The notes under the pieces are model-generated. The model was given only the letters and a program-made list of their open reading frames with translations. It did not search any database and had not been told where the DNA came from. Source: Vicugna vicugna (Eukaryota). Taken from it: 64,000 nucleotides of DNA. The position numbers and the translations under genes were made by a program. This document shows, in pieces, positions 1 through 12,295 of the stretch. The DNA is taken from contig MU061814.1 of NCBI GenBank assembly GCA_013265495.1, positions 4,728,500 through 4,792,499 on the forward strand. Direction: 5' to 3'. Each line of letters starts with the position of its first letter. Positions within the stretch are counted from its first letter, which is position 1.

Positions 1-309
1 ACCGCGCCGCCTTCTCTGCCTCGGGCCTGGGGAGGGGCCGGAGGCTCCGTGTCCTGAGCGCCTACCCAAGACGGGGTGACTGCGTTTGTTCTTCCAGAGA
101 CCCCGCAGGGGTGGGCCTCTCACTCCCTTTCCAGAGGTCTCACGCCCGCAGCAGAGCCGGGCTCCACTTCCGCCCGTGGTTTAGAGAGAGAGAGGACAGG
201 CTGCACCCCGAAGTCGGGCACCAGCACCCCCGCCGCGTGGGCCTGCACCCCAGAGAGTCAGGAGGTGCTCTGCTGCCATTTAAAGCCATAATGTGGGCAA
301 AAGGCGTAC

Positions 310-440
310 TGCAGCGTGGGGGTGCAGTTCCACACCCATTTGAGAGCCTGAGGAAAGTTCCAGACTCTTCCCCAGAGAAGTGCACATGCAGACACACACG
401 CACATATGCACGCATGCACACGCACACACGGGCGCCGGCA
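310..440. mobile_element. Probable non-autonomous hAT-Charlie DNA transposon fragment (MER103/Charlie18-like) running into CA-rich sequence
   Basis: catttgagagcctgaggaaagttccagactcttccccagagaagtgcacatg resembles the recalled ...tttgagaatctgatgaaagctatggaccctctccccagaaaaatgcacata core. Confidence 0.45.
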
Positions 441-3400
441 GAGCCACGGCGTGCTCCTGGTGGGGGTGGGGGTACAGTGTCGTAGCAGAGCGTGGACGCA
501 GGTCAGAGGAGGAGTGGTGTCGGGGGAAGCACGCGTCGCCGCTGGCTCTGGCAGCTGTTTGATTACTGGGGCGAGAGGTGAGGGGTGCAGGCCGGACCCT
601 TCAGCACAGGGCGGCGGCTGTGGGGGTGCCCGTCTCAGCCACACGCCTGTGCCACGTCTCTCTGAGTCCAGCTCCGTGAGGCCGGGCGCGGTGGGCAGAG
701 GGGCCGTCTGCTGCCCGCTCCTGTCCCCGAGAGGGAGGCGGCGGCCGCCCCGGCCACCAGGACGCGGCTGAGTGCCGTCTGCCTCCAGGTGACACCCGAC
801 GCCTGGTGCAGAGAGGAGCCGGGCTTCTGGAAACAGAACTGCCCTTCTGAGCGCGGGAGATCTTGCTTTAGCCGCCAAGAAGCCCTCTAATCGTGGGTTG
901 CTAAGGAACCGCCACAGCGGATGGCTCTGAAGACGGAGGAGACGTTCACTCCCGATCTCTGAGTCTCCAGGGCTGTGGAAACGCCCCCCACACCCGCCCC
1001 AGCTGAAGCGCTGCTGGGGGGCTCTGGGAGGCCCAGGAGGCGCCAGGCGGGCTCTCCGGGCTGAGGGGCAGCTTGCGGAGAGAAGCCGCCGTGGGGAAGA
1101 GGGTCGGTGGCGGTGGAAGGGCGGGCGCTGTCAGGCCCATAGTCACCGTGCTCGCTCGGCCCAGCTGGTGTCTGCAGCAGGAGGGGGCGGGGGCCCTAGA
1201 GCCATCAGGACGCCGAGGAGGAGCGCCCGGGCCGTGGACTTGACTCTCAGCCGCTGATGACCGGGTGTGGGGGTCCTACCGCGTCTGAGTTTGTGGCTAT
1301 TGATGCTAAACTGATTGGACCAGAACTGCCCCCGGCCCGCCCGCTCCCTCTCCTCCCCACAGGGAGGCCGCTGTCCCTGGGCCCGTCTGAGGTTTGGCAG
1401 ATTCGGCCATCCGGCGGGGGTGGGAGGCGGCTATGGGCAGGTCTTGTGAGCTGTGATAATCCGTGCAAAGCAGCCACAGGGTAATGACTGAAACAGCATT
1501 CAGGGAGCTAAATGGAAGCAAGAGGACGAGACAGACGGAGAAATTACTGAAGCTCCTCAGGCGCAAACGACCCGGTGGAATGGACGGGCAGCGGGTGGCG
1601 TCAAGAGGACAGCCAGGTGTCCGGGAACGGGGCAGGACCGGGAGGGCGATGCGGAGTTCTGTCTGCACAGAGCGCCTCTCCCAGCCCCGGGGCGTCCCAG
1701 GTGGCTCAACAAAGCCAGAGAACTCACAGCCGGTAATGTCATCTGTCGTCGCGTTAAATGACACCCACCCAGCGGGGGGCTGGGATGCAGGGCGCTCCAG
1801 AGCCGGTCGGCCAGCACACCCCAAACCAAACAGAAGTGAGCCTGAGACTGGTGAAGGCGGGAGACACACTCCCGCCACGCTTGAGGCCCAGAAACCGTCT
1901 GCAGCTGCGCACTGGTTGTGCTGCAGTGGCTTAGAAACCTTGCCCAGACGGTGAGGAGGCAGGTGCCATGGAGTAGACAGGGCCGTGAGGGCTCCCCAGC
2001 CCCGCCGCAGAGCTCAGGGCCAGGAACGCTGTATCTCCACCCATCACCCAGGAGTCTGCACTTCCAGAATCCTGACTCGGATTTCAAACCTAATGGGTAC
2101 GTCTGTTTTCTTGGACTTGTTTCAAATGTAGCAATGCCAGCTGCAAAAAATACAGCTAAGTCTCCGCCCAAAGACACATTTATAACCGCTGCTCACGGTA
2201 CTCAGGAAAAAAGCCTCCATTTAGACCTCCTTCTGAGATGTGGGCACATTAAGGACCAGCTCTGGGTCTTAATGGTGTGTGGGGCGTCTCTCCCGCCCCG
2301 ACTCTGCCCCCACCCCCGGCTCTCGCGGATCTCGCATCTGTCTCAGAACATTAAGGGCAGTACGTGCAGACTCCGCTCCTAATGCGATTTGAGACGGAAA
2401 CCCAGTCGGCTCGACACCCCGGGGCAGCTTTTCACCCAGCCCTCCTCCCTCCCGAGGCTCTGGGCTGTGGCCGCGCGCCCGTCCCCGGGTACCATCAGTG
2501 TGCCGGCGGTCCTGCTGGCCAGGGCGAGCCTTTCACGACCCCTCTCACCCGGTCTGCCTTTGGTTGGATTCCACATATGCTGTCGTTTCCCTGACGGTCT
2601 TAGTTAAATCAACTCCCTTTTTACACGGAGGACGTTTGTTCCAAAGGGCATGTTATGTAACCCTTGTTTAACGAAAAACTCCCATCACCAGGCCTAAGCA
2701 GAATGGACCCCACCCCAAATGGCAGCAAAACGAGGTTGCTGTTTAAAGCCCTGGTGTGTCCACCCACCACCCAAAACCACGTCGAGTCCCAGCAGGGAGG
2801 CACTGGCCCCAGCCTGGGAGACCCCGGGTTGAGGGGGTGGCCACATGGCAAGTGGTCCTTTAACTTGGAATCGGTACGTCAGTGATGGAGTCCCCCTCTC
2901 CGTGACCGCTCAGAAGGGTTTCTGGGAACCATGTGCTGTCAGAGCAGCCCCGGTCCCTCCAGGGCTGGCCGGCTGGCGGACGGGATGAGCTGCGTCAGCA
3001 CAACTCAGCAGTCGAGTCAGTCTCGGGTCTTCAGTGTTGTGGCGAATTGTCAGTGACAGCCGGGGAGACACACAGGCCCGCCGTCTTCACGGTTTACGTA
3101 ACTAAAGCCAGGGCGGAGGAACCTGGAACGGGGGACACAGCATTAGAGATCGAAGTCCCCGCACACCCACCACTGAGGGCGATCACATCCGTGTGCGTGA
3201 CCCCAGGACTTGTTAGTGTTCCCGCGCGGAGGCGGGGCCGACGCCGGCGCACGCTTCGGAGGGGCGGCTGGGTCCCGCTGGAGATGACGGGTGAGGACAC
3301 CAGAGCAGGAACTCAGGTTTCAATACGTGAGCTCGGGTGTTAACGCAACAGAAAGCGGGCGTTCTCTGGGCAGGGGGTGTTCTCCGTGGCTGGGCTCTTC

Positions 3401-3924
3401 GTGGACAAAGGCAGAACTTTGAATGCAGATGTTACAACCGGCAGGCACCGCTAGTAAGATAGACAGGCGTCAGGGCAAGGGGGCTGGCGGGCGGTGACGC
3501 GGGGCCTTCGGCAGGGTCAGAGCAGGACAAAAGCCTGAGGCCAAGGGAGGAGTGTGAACGCTGTCCTCCGTTGGAGCGGGCTGCTGGGGATGGTCGGGGA
3601 GGGAGAGGACCTAGGTTTTATTTGAAAAGCTCACTGTGTCTACTGCAGTGGTCTGCGTGGCCCTGGAGGGCTGGGGCTCGTGCCTGGGCCTCGGCTGGGC
3701 TGGGCTGTGCGGATGGGCCGCCCTCCCCAGCAGGAGCCGGACCGCTCTCCAGGCAGCGGAGAGAAGTGGGGGCGCGGGGGGGAGCCCTGGCTGAGGAAGG
3801 CGCTGGCTGGGCCCAGGGGAGGAGGGAGTGCGGGGGCACAGGGACGCGGGGAGAGGGGTGGGCCCCCATCGCCTCGGAGCGGCAGGGCCGGACTGTCATC
3901 ATGGCTGGTTCCTGTGTGAACTGC

Positions 3925-4140
3925 AGTGGTTTTGCCAGCAGGCGGGTTACCAGGACTGTTTCCAGCAAAAGCTGACCGGAGGGGCAAGGTGTTCAGGGTT
4001 TAGTAGGTGCAGAGGCTCAGCCTTGCAAAATAGGGAGGCTCTGGACGTCTGTGCCGAACCGAACCGCACCGCACACATAAGAACGGTTAGGACAGCGCAT
4101 TTCATGTCGTGTGTGTTTTACCACAGTGAAGAAAGAATTG
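3925..4140 (+). mobile_element. L1 3' end (L1MA/L1MB-type), sense
   Basis: gcagaggctcagccttgcaaaat...gaacggttaggacagcgcatttcatgtcgtgtgtgttttaccacagt matches the old-L1 3' UTR terminus. Confidence 0.8.
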
Positions 4141-7004
4141 TTGTGCAAAGCAGTAAAAGAAAATGAAATCTAAGAGCCTTTGTTAAAAAAAAAAAAAGGG
4201 AATCTGTCTTCTAAATAGAAAATGCTGAGCCAAACTCACAGGTCTCTCTGGACGGGGCGGCTTTTTCCGGAACGTAGTTCACCTTAACTCTGAACTGTGG
4301 TCGCCTGGAACGTTGCTTCTGCTTTCGCTCAAAACCTATTTGTTAAATAACAGCGAGTAAGTGACACCTCACAGTCGCACTAATTGCGATCGGAACCAAA
4401 TAGAAATGTAATAAAGCCTGGCCCGGGGCGTGTGCCTGCCCTGGTTTCTCCGACCCAGACTGTGACCCCGGGCTCAGGCCTCTGCTCACTCAGTGTGAGA
4501 TTATCAGGAATCATAAAAACTCGAGCCACTCCCGCCGGAGATCAGCGTCTACATGTGTCCCCCCGGGTTCCTGTCCCCCCCGTCTCCTCCCTCTCCACCG
4601 AGCTCCCTCCCAGCCCCCCGACAGGCCGAGAGCAACCCCGCAGACTGTGAACGCCTCCGACTCTGAAATCATCAGTCCTCTGCTTTCCGGGCAGAACTGG
4701 GTGGGGACCCGAGCCCCGGATGCCTCGTCGCCCTCGGGTTTGGATCTGCTGCCCCGGCACTGCTTCTCAGGGCGGGGCCATGTGAGCGCACGGCCCCTGC
4801 AGTTTCTAGGCTGGGCTCGCAGGGGCTGGAGAGCCAGACGTTACCCTGCTCCACAAGCAGGCTGCATCTGTACCGGGGGCTAGAGGGGGCCAGCCAGACA
4901 CGCTCCCGCGCCTCCCCCTGCACAGCCAGCGGCGCCAAGCCGGCAGCAGCCTCCCTCCTGCCCGCCGGGCCCGCTGCTCTGGAAGCACACAACAGAAAGC
5001 ACAAACATCCCCGACTCTTAGGGAGAAACAGTGCGGTCTCTGCTGCAGGTGTGATCCAGGTGGAAGTGGAAGATTGCTGGAGGAAACGTCCAATGACTTG
5101 CGCTTCCGGAACGAGATCGTCCTGGACGCGGGGTCCCCGCGCCGGCGTCTCAGGACGGCCCTGGTCTAGGCTGCGAGTTAAATGCCTGTGCTGGGCTGGC
5201 ACACAGGCACCCCAGGACGGAGAGCTACGGCCGTTACTCGCCTGCAGTAAAGATCAAACTTTGGACCCTCGGAAGCAAAGAAACACCAATAAAGAGCTTT
5301 TGTGCCTTTGCGATCAGAAAAGGCAGCTCCCCGGCCAGCAGTGAGCCAAGCAAATGAAATCAACTGCTTGAAAATGGAAAAGCAAATTGGAAAATGGTTG
5401 GTGCCCACTTCAGGAGGTCTGGGATGCCTGGGGCCCCGGCCTCGCCCCGTCCTATCCGTAAGCTCGGCAGGTGCCCACGTGGGGGCCGCTCCCCGGCAGC
5501 CTGCAGCCCGGCTGGCAACCTGGGGTTTGCATCTGAAGCCCGGTGGTTTGCCGTCCACCCTCCGTGTCCTCGCGGTTCCCCCCGCTGGGAGCCGGGCGGC
5601 CTTCGTCCCGCTCCGCTCGTCTGCTGTCAAGCCTGGCTGCGTCCGCTTCACCGCGGCTTCCTGGACGCACAGCCGAGCCTGGGCTTTGGGTGCACGAACG
5701 GGGGGCCGGAGCGCTGATCAGGGGAAGCGGGAGGGAAGCAAGGCGGGCGGGAGAAGTGGAGCAAGGATGTGGCCTCAGCCTCGGCCTGGCCCCTGAGCCA
5801 TCCCTCGTACCCCCAGCTGTCACAGTCGCCGGCTGCTGGGCGGGGAGCACATAGTGACCTCCCCGAGCAAGGGGGCTCCGGTCAGACAAGGGCAGCTCCC
5901 CGGGGAAGGGGGCAGCCGTGAGCTGTGCGCCCCCGCTGCTCCCAGCGGCTGGAGGGGGGTCCTGTGCCCAGGGACGTGGGTCTTGGCCGGGCGCCTGCTG
6001 TGGGGACACCTGTCTGCCTCTCTCTCCGAGTGTTTTTCTAACCCCTGGAGAGGATTTCTCCTACCCCGTGTGGCTTGTATCTTAAGTGCAACCATCCCAA
6101 ACATGGCATTGAAATTTGATGAGAACGTTCCCCGTCCTTGGTGCATGATTCAGTCACCATGGCAGATAATCTTTGTGTTTCTGTAGAAGATGGCTCGTTA
6201 CTGACCCGAGCCCCTGGACCTAAGGAGCTAGGACTTGGATGCAGGCATTTTCCAGGGCTGGCATCTTGTGCAGAATGCGTGCAGCCTCCTCCCACATCTC
6301 CCCTGCCTGAGATGTGTCAGAGGCCGCTTTGTCCCAGGCAGCTGCTTCACACCCCAGGCTATCGCAACAGACAGGGCCCCTTCAGCCAGGTCAGCCATAT
6401 GCGTAGAAACAGACCAGAACTACAGCCTCCCCGTGACAAACAGGACCCCGCGTTCTGACCCAGCAGACGGCTCGGAGGGCCCACGCCGTGCGCCAGGAGC
6501 CGCAGGGGCTGCGGGTACCTGGGCTCTGAGGGCTGGAGGTCGCCAGGCTTAGACTGGAGGCCGACCCGGAGTCACGTGCCACTGCCTGCCTTCCCCAGCA
6601 GAAAGAGCGGGGTCTTAAATTATTACTGCCACGGATTTCAAACAGAATTTCTGACGCCCTCAGCCAGCCCCTTCAGTTTTGAGAATTAACAGTGTAAATA
6701 AGATTGCAAGGCGGATGTTCAAAGCAGGCTTCATGCTCCCTCCAGCACTTCAGAGGCCCCCAGCCTCGTTCCCGACGACCCACTAATGAGCCAGGCTTCT
6801 TATCCATCCAGCCAAGCTGCGCCCTCGGGAACCCGCCCGGCTCTCACTCCGTCCAGGAGTTCTGTGGGTGAGAACCGCGCCCTCAGGGTGGGGCACCCGG
6901 GTGCCGAGTGCTGCGTCTCACCTGTGCCTCTCACCTGGTCTCTGTCGCGGATGGAGCCAGCTGCTCAGCGAGGACACTGTGACACTTACCTTTTCACAGA
7001 CGAG

Positions 7005-7100
7005 GAGACCGAGGGTCAGACAGGCTCCGTCGCTTGCCCGAGGGTCACCCAGCTGGAAGGCAGCAGCTTCAAATCCAGGCCCGTCTGCGTCCAAAGCCCT
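7005..7100 (-). mobile_element. MIR fragment
   Basis: ttttcacagacgaggagaccgagggtcag...cttgcccgagggtcacccagct...ttcaaatccagg, the MIR core in antisense. Confidence 0.75.
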
Positions 7101-7589
7101 AGTGTGAACGCTGCAGCAGGAGTGTCTGGTGCCCCCGCACCAGCACCTGGGCCAGCGGAGCCGCCGGTGCCGCCTGCTCGGTCCGGCCCGACTCTGGCCG
7201 CCCACGGTGGCGGGAGGGGCGCCGGCCTCTCCCAGCTCTTGCCAGCGGTGTGCCGTTTCCTGCACCCAGTGGTGGGACTCTTCCCTGGGGACCCCACCGC
7301 CGGTCCACTGTCCTCGCCGAGGCGGCAGGTGCTCGTTACCACCGACAGCCCCTGCCTCGTGGGCCAGAAGAGCCCACGCTGGGGGCCGCGGCGTCGGGAG
7401 CTCGAGCTCAGGGGCCACCTCAGGCCCCACCTCCAGCGTGTGAGTGTGGGCCACCTGCTCACCCCTCTGGGTCCCCTCCCCCTGTCTATGACGTGGGGAT
7501 AGTAACAGCCCCCCGATAGTTGGGGTGAGGGCAGGGGCCCCTGGGAACATCCCAGGAATCATCTACTCTCGGCCTCACCCTGTCACCCC

Positions 7590-7690
7590 AGGTGGTCGAC
7601 CAGCAAAGTGAGGCACAGAGACCGTAAGTAAGGTGCGCGAGGTCACACAGCAAGGACATAGGGGCAAGGCTGGGACCCAGGCCGGCTGAG
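7590..7690 (-). mobile_element. MIR fragment
   Basis: aaagtgaggcacagaga...aggtcacacagc...gggacccagg. Confidence 0.7.
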
Positions 7691-9680
7691 CAGTCCTTGG
7701 AACCCTCCGCGGGGGGGTGGCAAGCCTGCTGATCTGCCCCAGGAGCCACATCCCAGTGGCCAATTTGTTTGGTTTCTGCCGCCTCCCCCCGATGAGCAGG
7801 GGCATGCCGTCCCCTCAGGGCGCTGGAGGCTCCTGAAACAAGTGACAGGAAACTCACTTGTGCAAGAGACACGAGGTGGAGGCACGTTCGGAGAACGTTT
7901 ACAGCGTGCGATCAGACCCTGCTCTGCGTGACAGGAGAACGAGCCCCATTAGGAGGATGTGCCGTAAACACACGTCTGAGATGCTGGCGTGTTTGCAGTC
8001 GGCACACTCGCACACTCCTGACCCTGCTCGTCCCAGGGCTGGCCTGGCGTCCCCCTCGGGGATGAGCACTTCCCCGGCAGGGCTGCGAGTCCCCGGGCCA
8101 GGCGCGCACTCTGGGGTGAGCATTTTAAAGGAAGCGCGTTCCCACCCCAGGTCTCACCGGGACCACACGGTGAGGGGGGCGGTATTAACGCTGACATTTC
8201 TTTGCACAGAGCCCCTGGCGGAGGCTGGAGCGCCTTTATGCGCCCCCTGCCCCAGCAGGGCGGTCCCTCCCAGGGGCCCTTTGTGACACACACGCTTTCT
8301 GAACTCAGGTGTGGGCGTTGGGGAGCAGCTCCCAAAACGGAGTTTCTCCCTGTCCATAAGCCGAGGACCCCTGCCTGGCATTGCAGCAACCCGGGACCCC
8401 TGAGAGCACTGAACAGGATGCTGGAAAATTCCACACCCGGGTGCACTTGAGCCCCCAGGAGTGTGTTAGGTGGACACCGCGTGTGCCGAGGGCAGGGGGC
8501 GGAGAAGGTGGCGGGCAGAGAGGGCTTGTGCCGCAGGACCCAAGGTGTCCTTCCGACCCCAGCGCGGCGGCTCCTGGCCAGACATGTCCACCCGGGAGAG
8601 GCCACAACGGGGTCGCGGTGACGTGCTGCTCGGGTCACCGCCCCAAGGCAGCGAGGCGCCTGCGCCGAGCTTTGTGACAGCCCAGGAATCGCCCTTGCAG
8701 CCACTCCAGCAGCTTCTGTCCCTGTGAGCTGGGGGTGGCCCGCTGCAGTTTCCTGGACCGGTAATGAGTTGCTGACCTGACCTTGACCCCGACCACGTTA
8801 GTCCAGGAAGGCTCCAAAAATTCGGCCTCATTCTTAGACCTCTGGAGGGCAGACCATCTGAAATCCAACTCCTGGGCGCTCAGGAGCCCTGAAGGCCCCC
8901 CGGTGAGCCCCCCCCACCCCGAAAGGGAGATCCATCTTTGCAGCAAAGGGGCGGGGGCGGCGGCCTCCTGAAGGCTTAGAGATTAAGTTCTCAGGCCCCG
9001 GAGGCCGCGGGCAGTGGAATTCCAAGCTAGAATGAGAATACACTGGAGGAACCCTGGTTTTCTGATTCTGAATCTTTGAAACTGTTTAATCCTTGATCAT
9101 CAAATGCAAACTACGCCCAGGACAGAAATGAAGATCTCACAGCCGGGGAGGTTGGAGCCAGGAGCTGCGCAACCTGTCCTCGGGCCTCCTGCTGCCACGG
9201 GACGCTCGGCTTTACTTTTCAACCCCCACTTCCCTCGATTACGACCGAGGTCTAAGGAGGCAATGTCACTTGGCCTTGGCACAGAGGAGCTTGAAGTCAC
9301 CCACACCCGGGACTTGCACGCTTCCATTCCGGGCACAGACTGGGGTCCCCCAGGGCGGCCCCCGCCCCCGTGGGGTCCTCAGGAGGCTGACGAGGCCTCT
9401 CTCTGGAGCAGAAGTCCCACCGGAGGGCACTCGGGGGCACAGGGTGGGGATCTGGAAGCTCTGCCTGCAGCAGCCTCGGGAGGAAGGAGAGTAGGGAAGG
9501 GGGGTTATTCAGGGAACGTGGCCACCCTTCCCGCCCGGACACCCGCTCACCACCTCGGTCTGCTCCCACCGCTCCCTGCCCGATGACGGTGCCGCCGCGT
9601 GTTCACCGTGGGCGAAGCACGAGTGGGAGTGGGCGGCAGCGCCAGCTCCCTGGGTTTCTAAACACAAACGGAGAGGAGCT

Positions 9681-9928
9681 CTCACCCCCAGTGTAGCCCT
9701 CCACACCCCTCCCCCCGGCGCCCCTGTGTTTGTTCTCTACGTCTGTGAGTCTGTCTCAGTTTTGTAGGTGAGTCATTTGTGTCGTTATTCAATATCTTGT
9801 AGTAGCCTGTAATGAAAACAAATACACGTATGTGCGTGTAAGACTGAAGCATCAGGCTGCACACCAGGAACTGACGCAGCGCTGTAAACTGACTACACGT
9901 CAATTTAAAGTTTTTGAATTAAATTAAA
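9681..9928 (+). mobile_element. Short cetartiodactyl-type L1 3' end with an inverted 5' part (about 9681-9785 antisense, about 9786-9909 sense, then degenerate A-tail)
   Basis: The antisense part tgtttgttctctacgtctgtgagtctgtctcagttttgtaggtgagtcatttgtgtc and the sense part tattcaatatcttgtagtagcctgtaatg...ctgtaaactgactacacgtcaatttaaa both match the same L1 3' UTR in opposite orientations. Confidence 0.8.
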
Positions 9929-12224
9929 TGAGAAGACAGCAGGAGGGAGTCTGAAGGCAGCGCTCGGCCGAGATTCTTAGGGAAAGGGATGGAAATTTCT
10001 ATCTTCCACTTCCGCAAACACCACATTGCTTTCTTCTATCCTATGAGATGTTAATTTTTACAAGAACTGAGGCCGTGCTCTTGCCAGCCGGAGACAGAGA
10101 ACGTGGCACCTGCTGTGGATGGAAACCCTGCCCTCAGCTTCCCGGGACTCATGTGAATGACTGCCTACACCCAAAGGTGACCTCTCGGGGAGGCCTGTGC
10201 CCAGGCGGGAGGCGGCGGGGAACGAGGCCGGAGTCTGGGAGAACTGTGGGGTAGTCCTGGCCACCGCAGTCACAGGCAGCAGCCGCTGTCACTCCCGGGA
10301 GGCACCGCCGTGGCCTCGCCGGCCGCACGCTCCCGCCACGGGCCGCCGACTGGTTCCCGCGCCCTCCGTTGCCACCGCCGAGCCTGGGCTTGTTCCCGAC
10401 CCCAAGTGACTTCACCACCACAGCGGTGGCTCGTGCAGGAGGGGCTCCAGACACGCCCCAGGGCAGGTCCTGCGTGGCCTCGGAGCGTCTCAGACCCTTG
10501 GGGTGTCTCCTGGGGACAAGGACGGAAGGTGCACAGATCTGCCCTTGCACGTCTTTGTCCCCCAACAGTCCAAGCAGAAGCCTTGCCTGCCATCCTGATT
10601 GCCGGCACCAGCAGCAGCGGGGTCTCCTGCTCGTGGCCTTTGCTAGTCCCGGCCTGCGGGCTGCTTGGCCCAAGCAAGTTAGAACCACTGGGACACCCTG
10701 AGGTTGGTGTCGCGGCAGGAGCCCCGTGGCTGCGGCCAAGTGCCCCCAGCTGCCCTCCTCCTGCCTCAGTGGGCCTCTGGGTTCCCTCCTCCCTTCTCAG
10801 CCCCACCCATCCCTGCTGTCCGGGGTCTTCAGACCTGCAAGGACTTCATCTCCATTTCCCAGCAAGACCTTACCCTGGAGAGTGTCTTGCTCAGCCCCAG
10901 AGGGACTGGGATGAGCGGCCTTGAAGGAGCGTCAGGGGCAACTGTGGGGAAATAGGCAAATGGCCTTGAAATTGCCCCCTCGGGGAAGGGGACCCAAAGA
11001 GAGAACGGGAGTGCATCGGTACCTGCATCGCATCTCAGACGCATTAAAACACATCATTCATTCCCCCAAGGATAATCCCAAATGCGTTTGCATCTGCAGC
11101 CCCTTAACTCTGTGGTTTATCACGTCTCCTCCAAACACACCATCAAGACGATCGTCCGCCTTTATGAAGACGGCCGAGCTGGAGCGCAACTCATTCCGAG
11201 ATGACACCACTCGCCCCCGCCCCCGAGCCCCGCAGACCCCGCACTGTTCTGCCAGGACCCGTGAGCCCGGTTAGGAGAAGGCGCCGCTCTCCGTGTCCTT
11301 GTGGGGGTTCCCTCCGCGGCTGATTGGAGCGATTTACACGAGGCGCTGGGCCCCCGCCGGGCTGGGACTGCTTGTGATGCACGTGTAATTACCAACCTTC
11401 TTTGCGGCTTTGTGTGCTCTGAGGAGGAGAGGCGTCTCTAACGGAGCTATTTTAGTTGTGCTGATGAAATGCATATTCATTCGCCGGGCGCGGGGAGTGG
11501 GGGGGCTTGATTATTTAGTTATTATTGCAAGTCACGCGGGGTGCTCGGGGACAGGACCCGCCAGGGTGGGGACACGCGTTACAGATAGGATGCTGTGACC
11601 TTGAGCTGTGACAGACTTACCACTGCCTCCTGGAATCTGAGGTCGCCAGCCCCTCTCTCCCACAAGATCTGCTGGTTTTCTCCGGGGAAAGTCTCCGACC
11701 TCCCTCCGTCCCCTTGGCTGAGCTCGGGGTCCCCATCCCCGACTCCATCCTGTCTTCATGCTCGTCTTCCCCCGGCCGCACCTTCCCCAGAGAACCCCAG
11801 GTCACTTGGGACCCCCGGGGCGCTGTCTCTCAGGGCCCCTGCGTGCTGGGCCCCGGGTCGCGCGAGGACACGCTTCATCCTGGGGTTTATAGGCAGTGTC
11901 TCTCGTGAAGGACCCAGAACCGCCCCCTCAAGCTCCACCTCCCCTACATCTGTGACCCCATGACCCAGCCCCACACTTGTTCGATGGCTTTGCAATTTGG
12001 AAAGAGAAAAGGAAAAAAATCTTGTAATTCGGTTCAATTTTGCACACGTTTAGTGGGCCCCTCTGTGACCTGAGCACAGGGTACCCCAGAGAGATGCAGG
12101 GAAGTAAACATTACCCAACCCCGAAGAAATAAACGCGAGCCGAGTCACCACGGGGCCTCGGGGAGAGGTACCCGATGCTGTGGGTACCTCCCTCGGGCTC
12201 CACACTCCAGAGACAACAAGCAAG

Positions 12225-12295
12225 CTGCAGGTGTCATTTCACATTTCCTACTAGCCACATTTAAAGGAGTGAAAAGGAAGATGTGAGATTCGTTT
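12225..12295. mobile_element. MER3/MER33-like hAT DNA transposon fragment
   Basis: catttcctactagccacatttaaaggagtgaaaaggaagatgtgagatt resembles ...ttctagtagccacattaaaaaagtaaaaagaaacaggtgaaatt. Confidence 0.6.

Noticed and set aside
2245-2277. Imperfect hairpin cacattaaggacc/ggtcttaatggtg
   Set aside because: It is short and bulged, probably the internal palindrome of a decayed DNA transposon, and shows no evidence of an RNA gene.
7139-7159. REST/RE1-like site (CAGCACC TG GGCCAGCG)
   Set aside because: The highly conserved A of GGACAG and the 5' TT are mismatched, which is too weak in GC-rich DNA.
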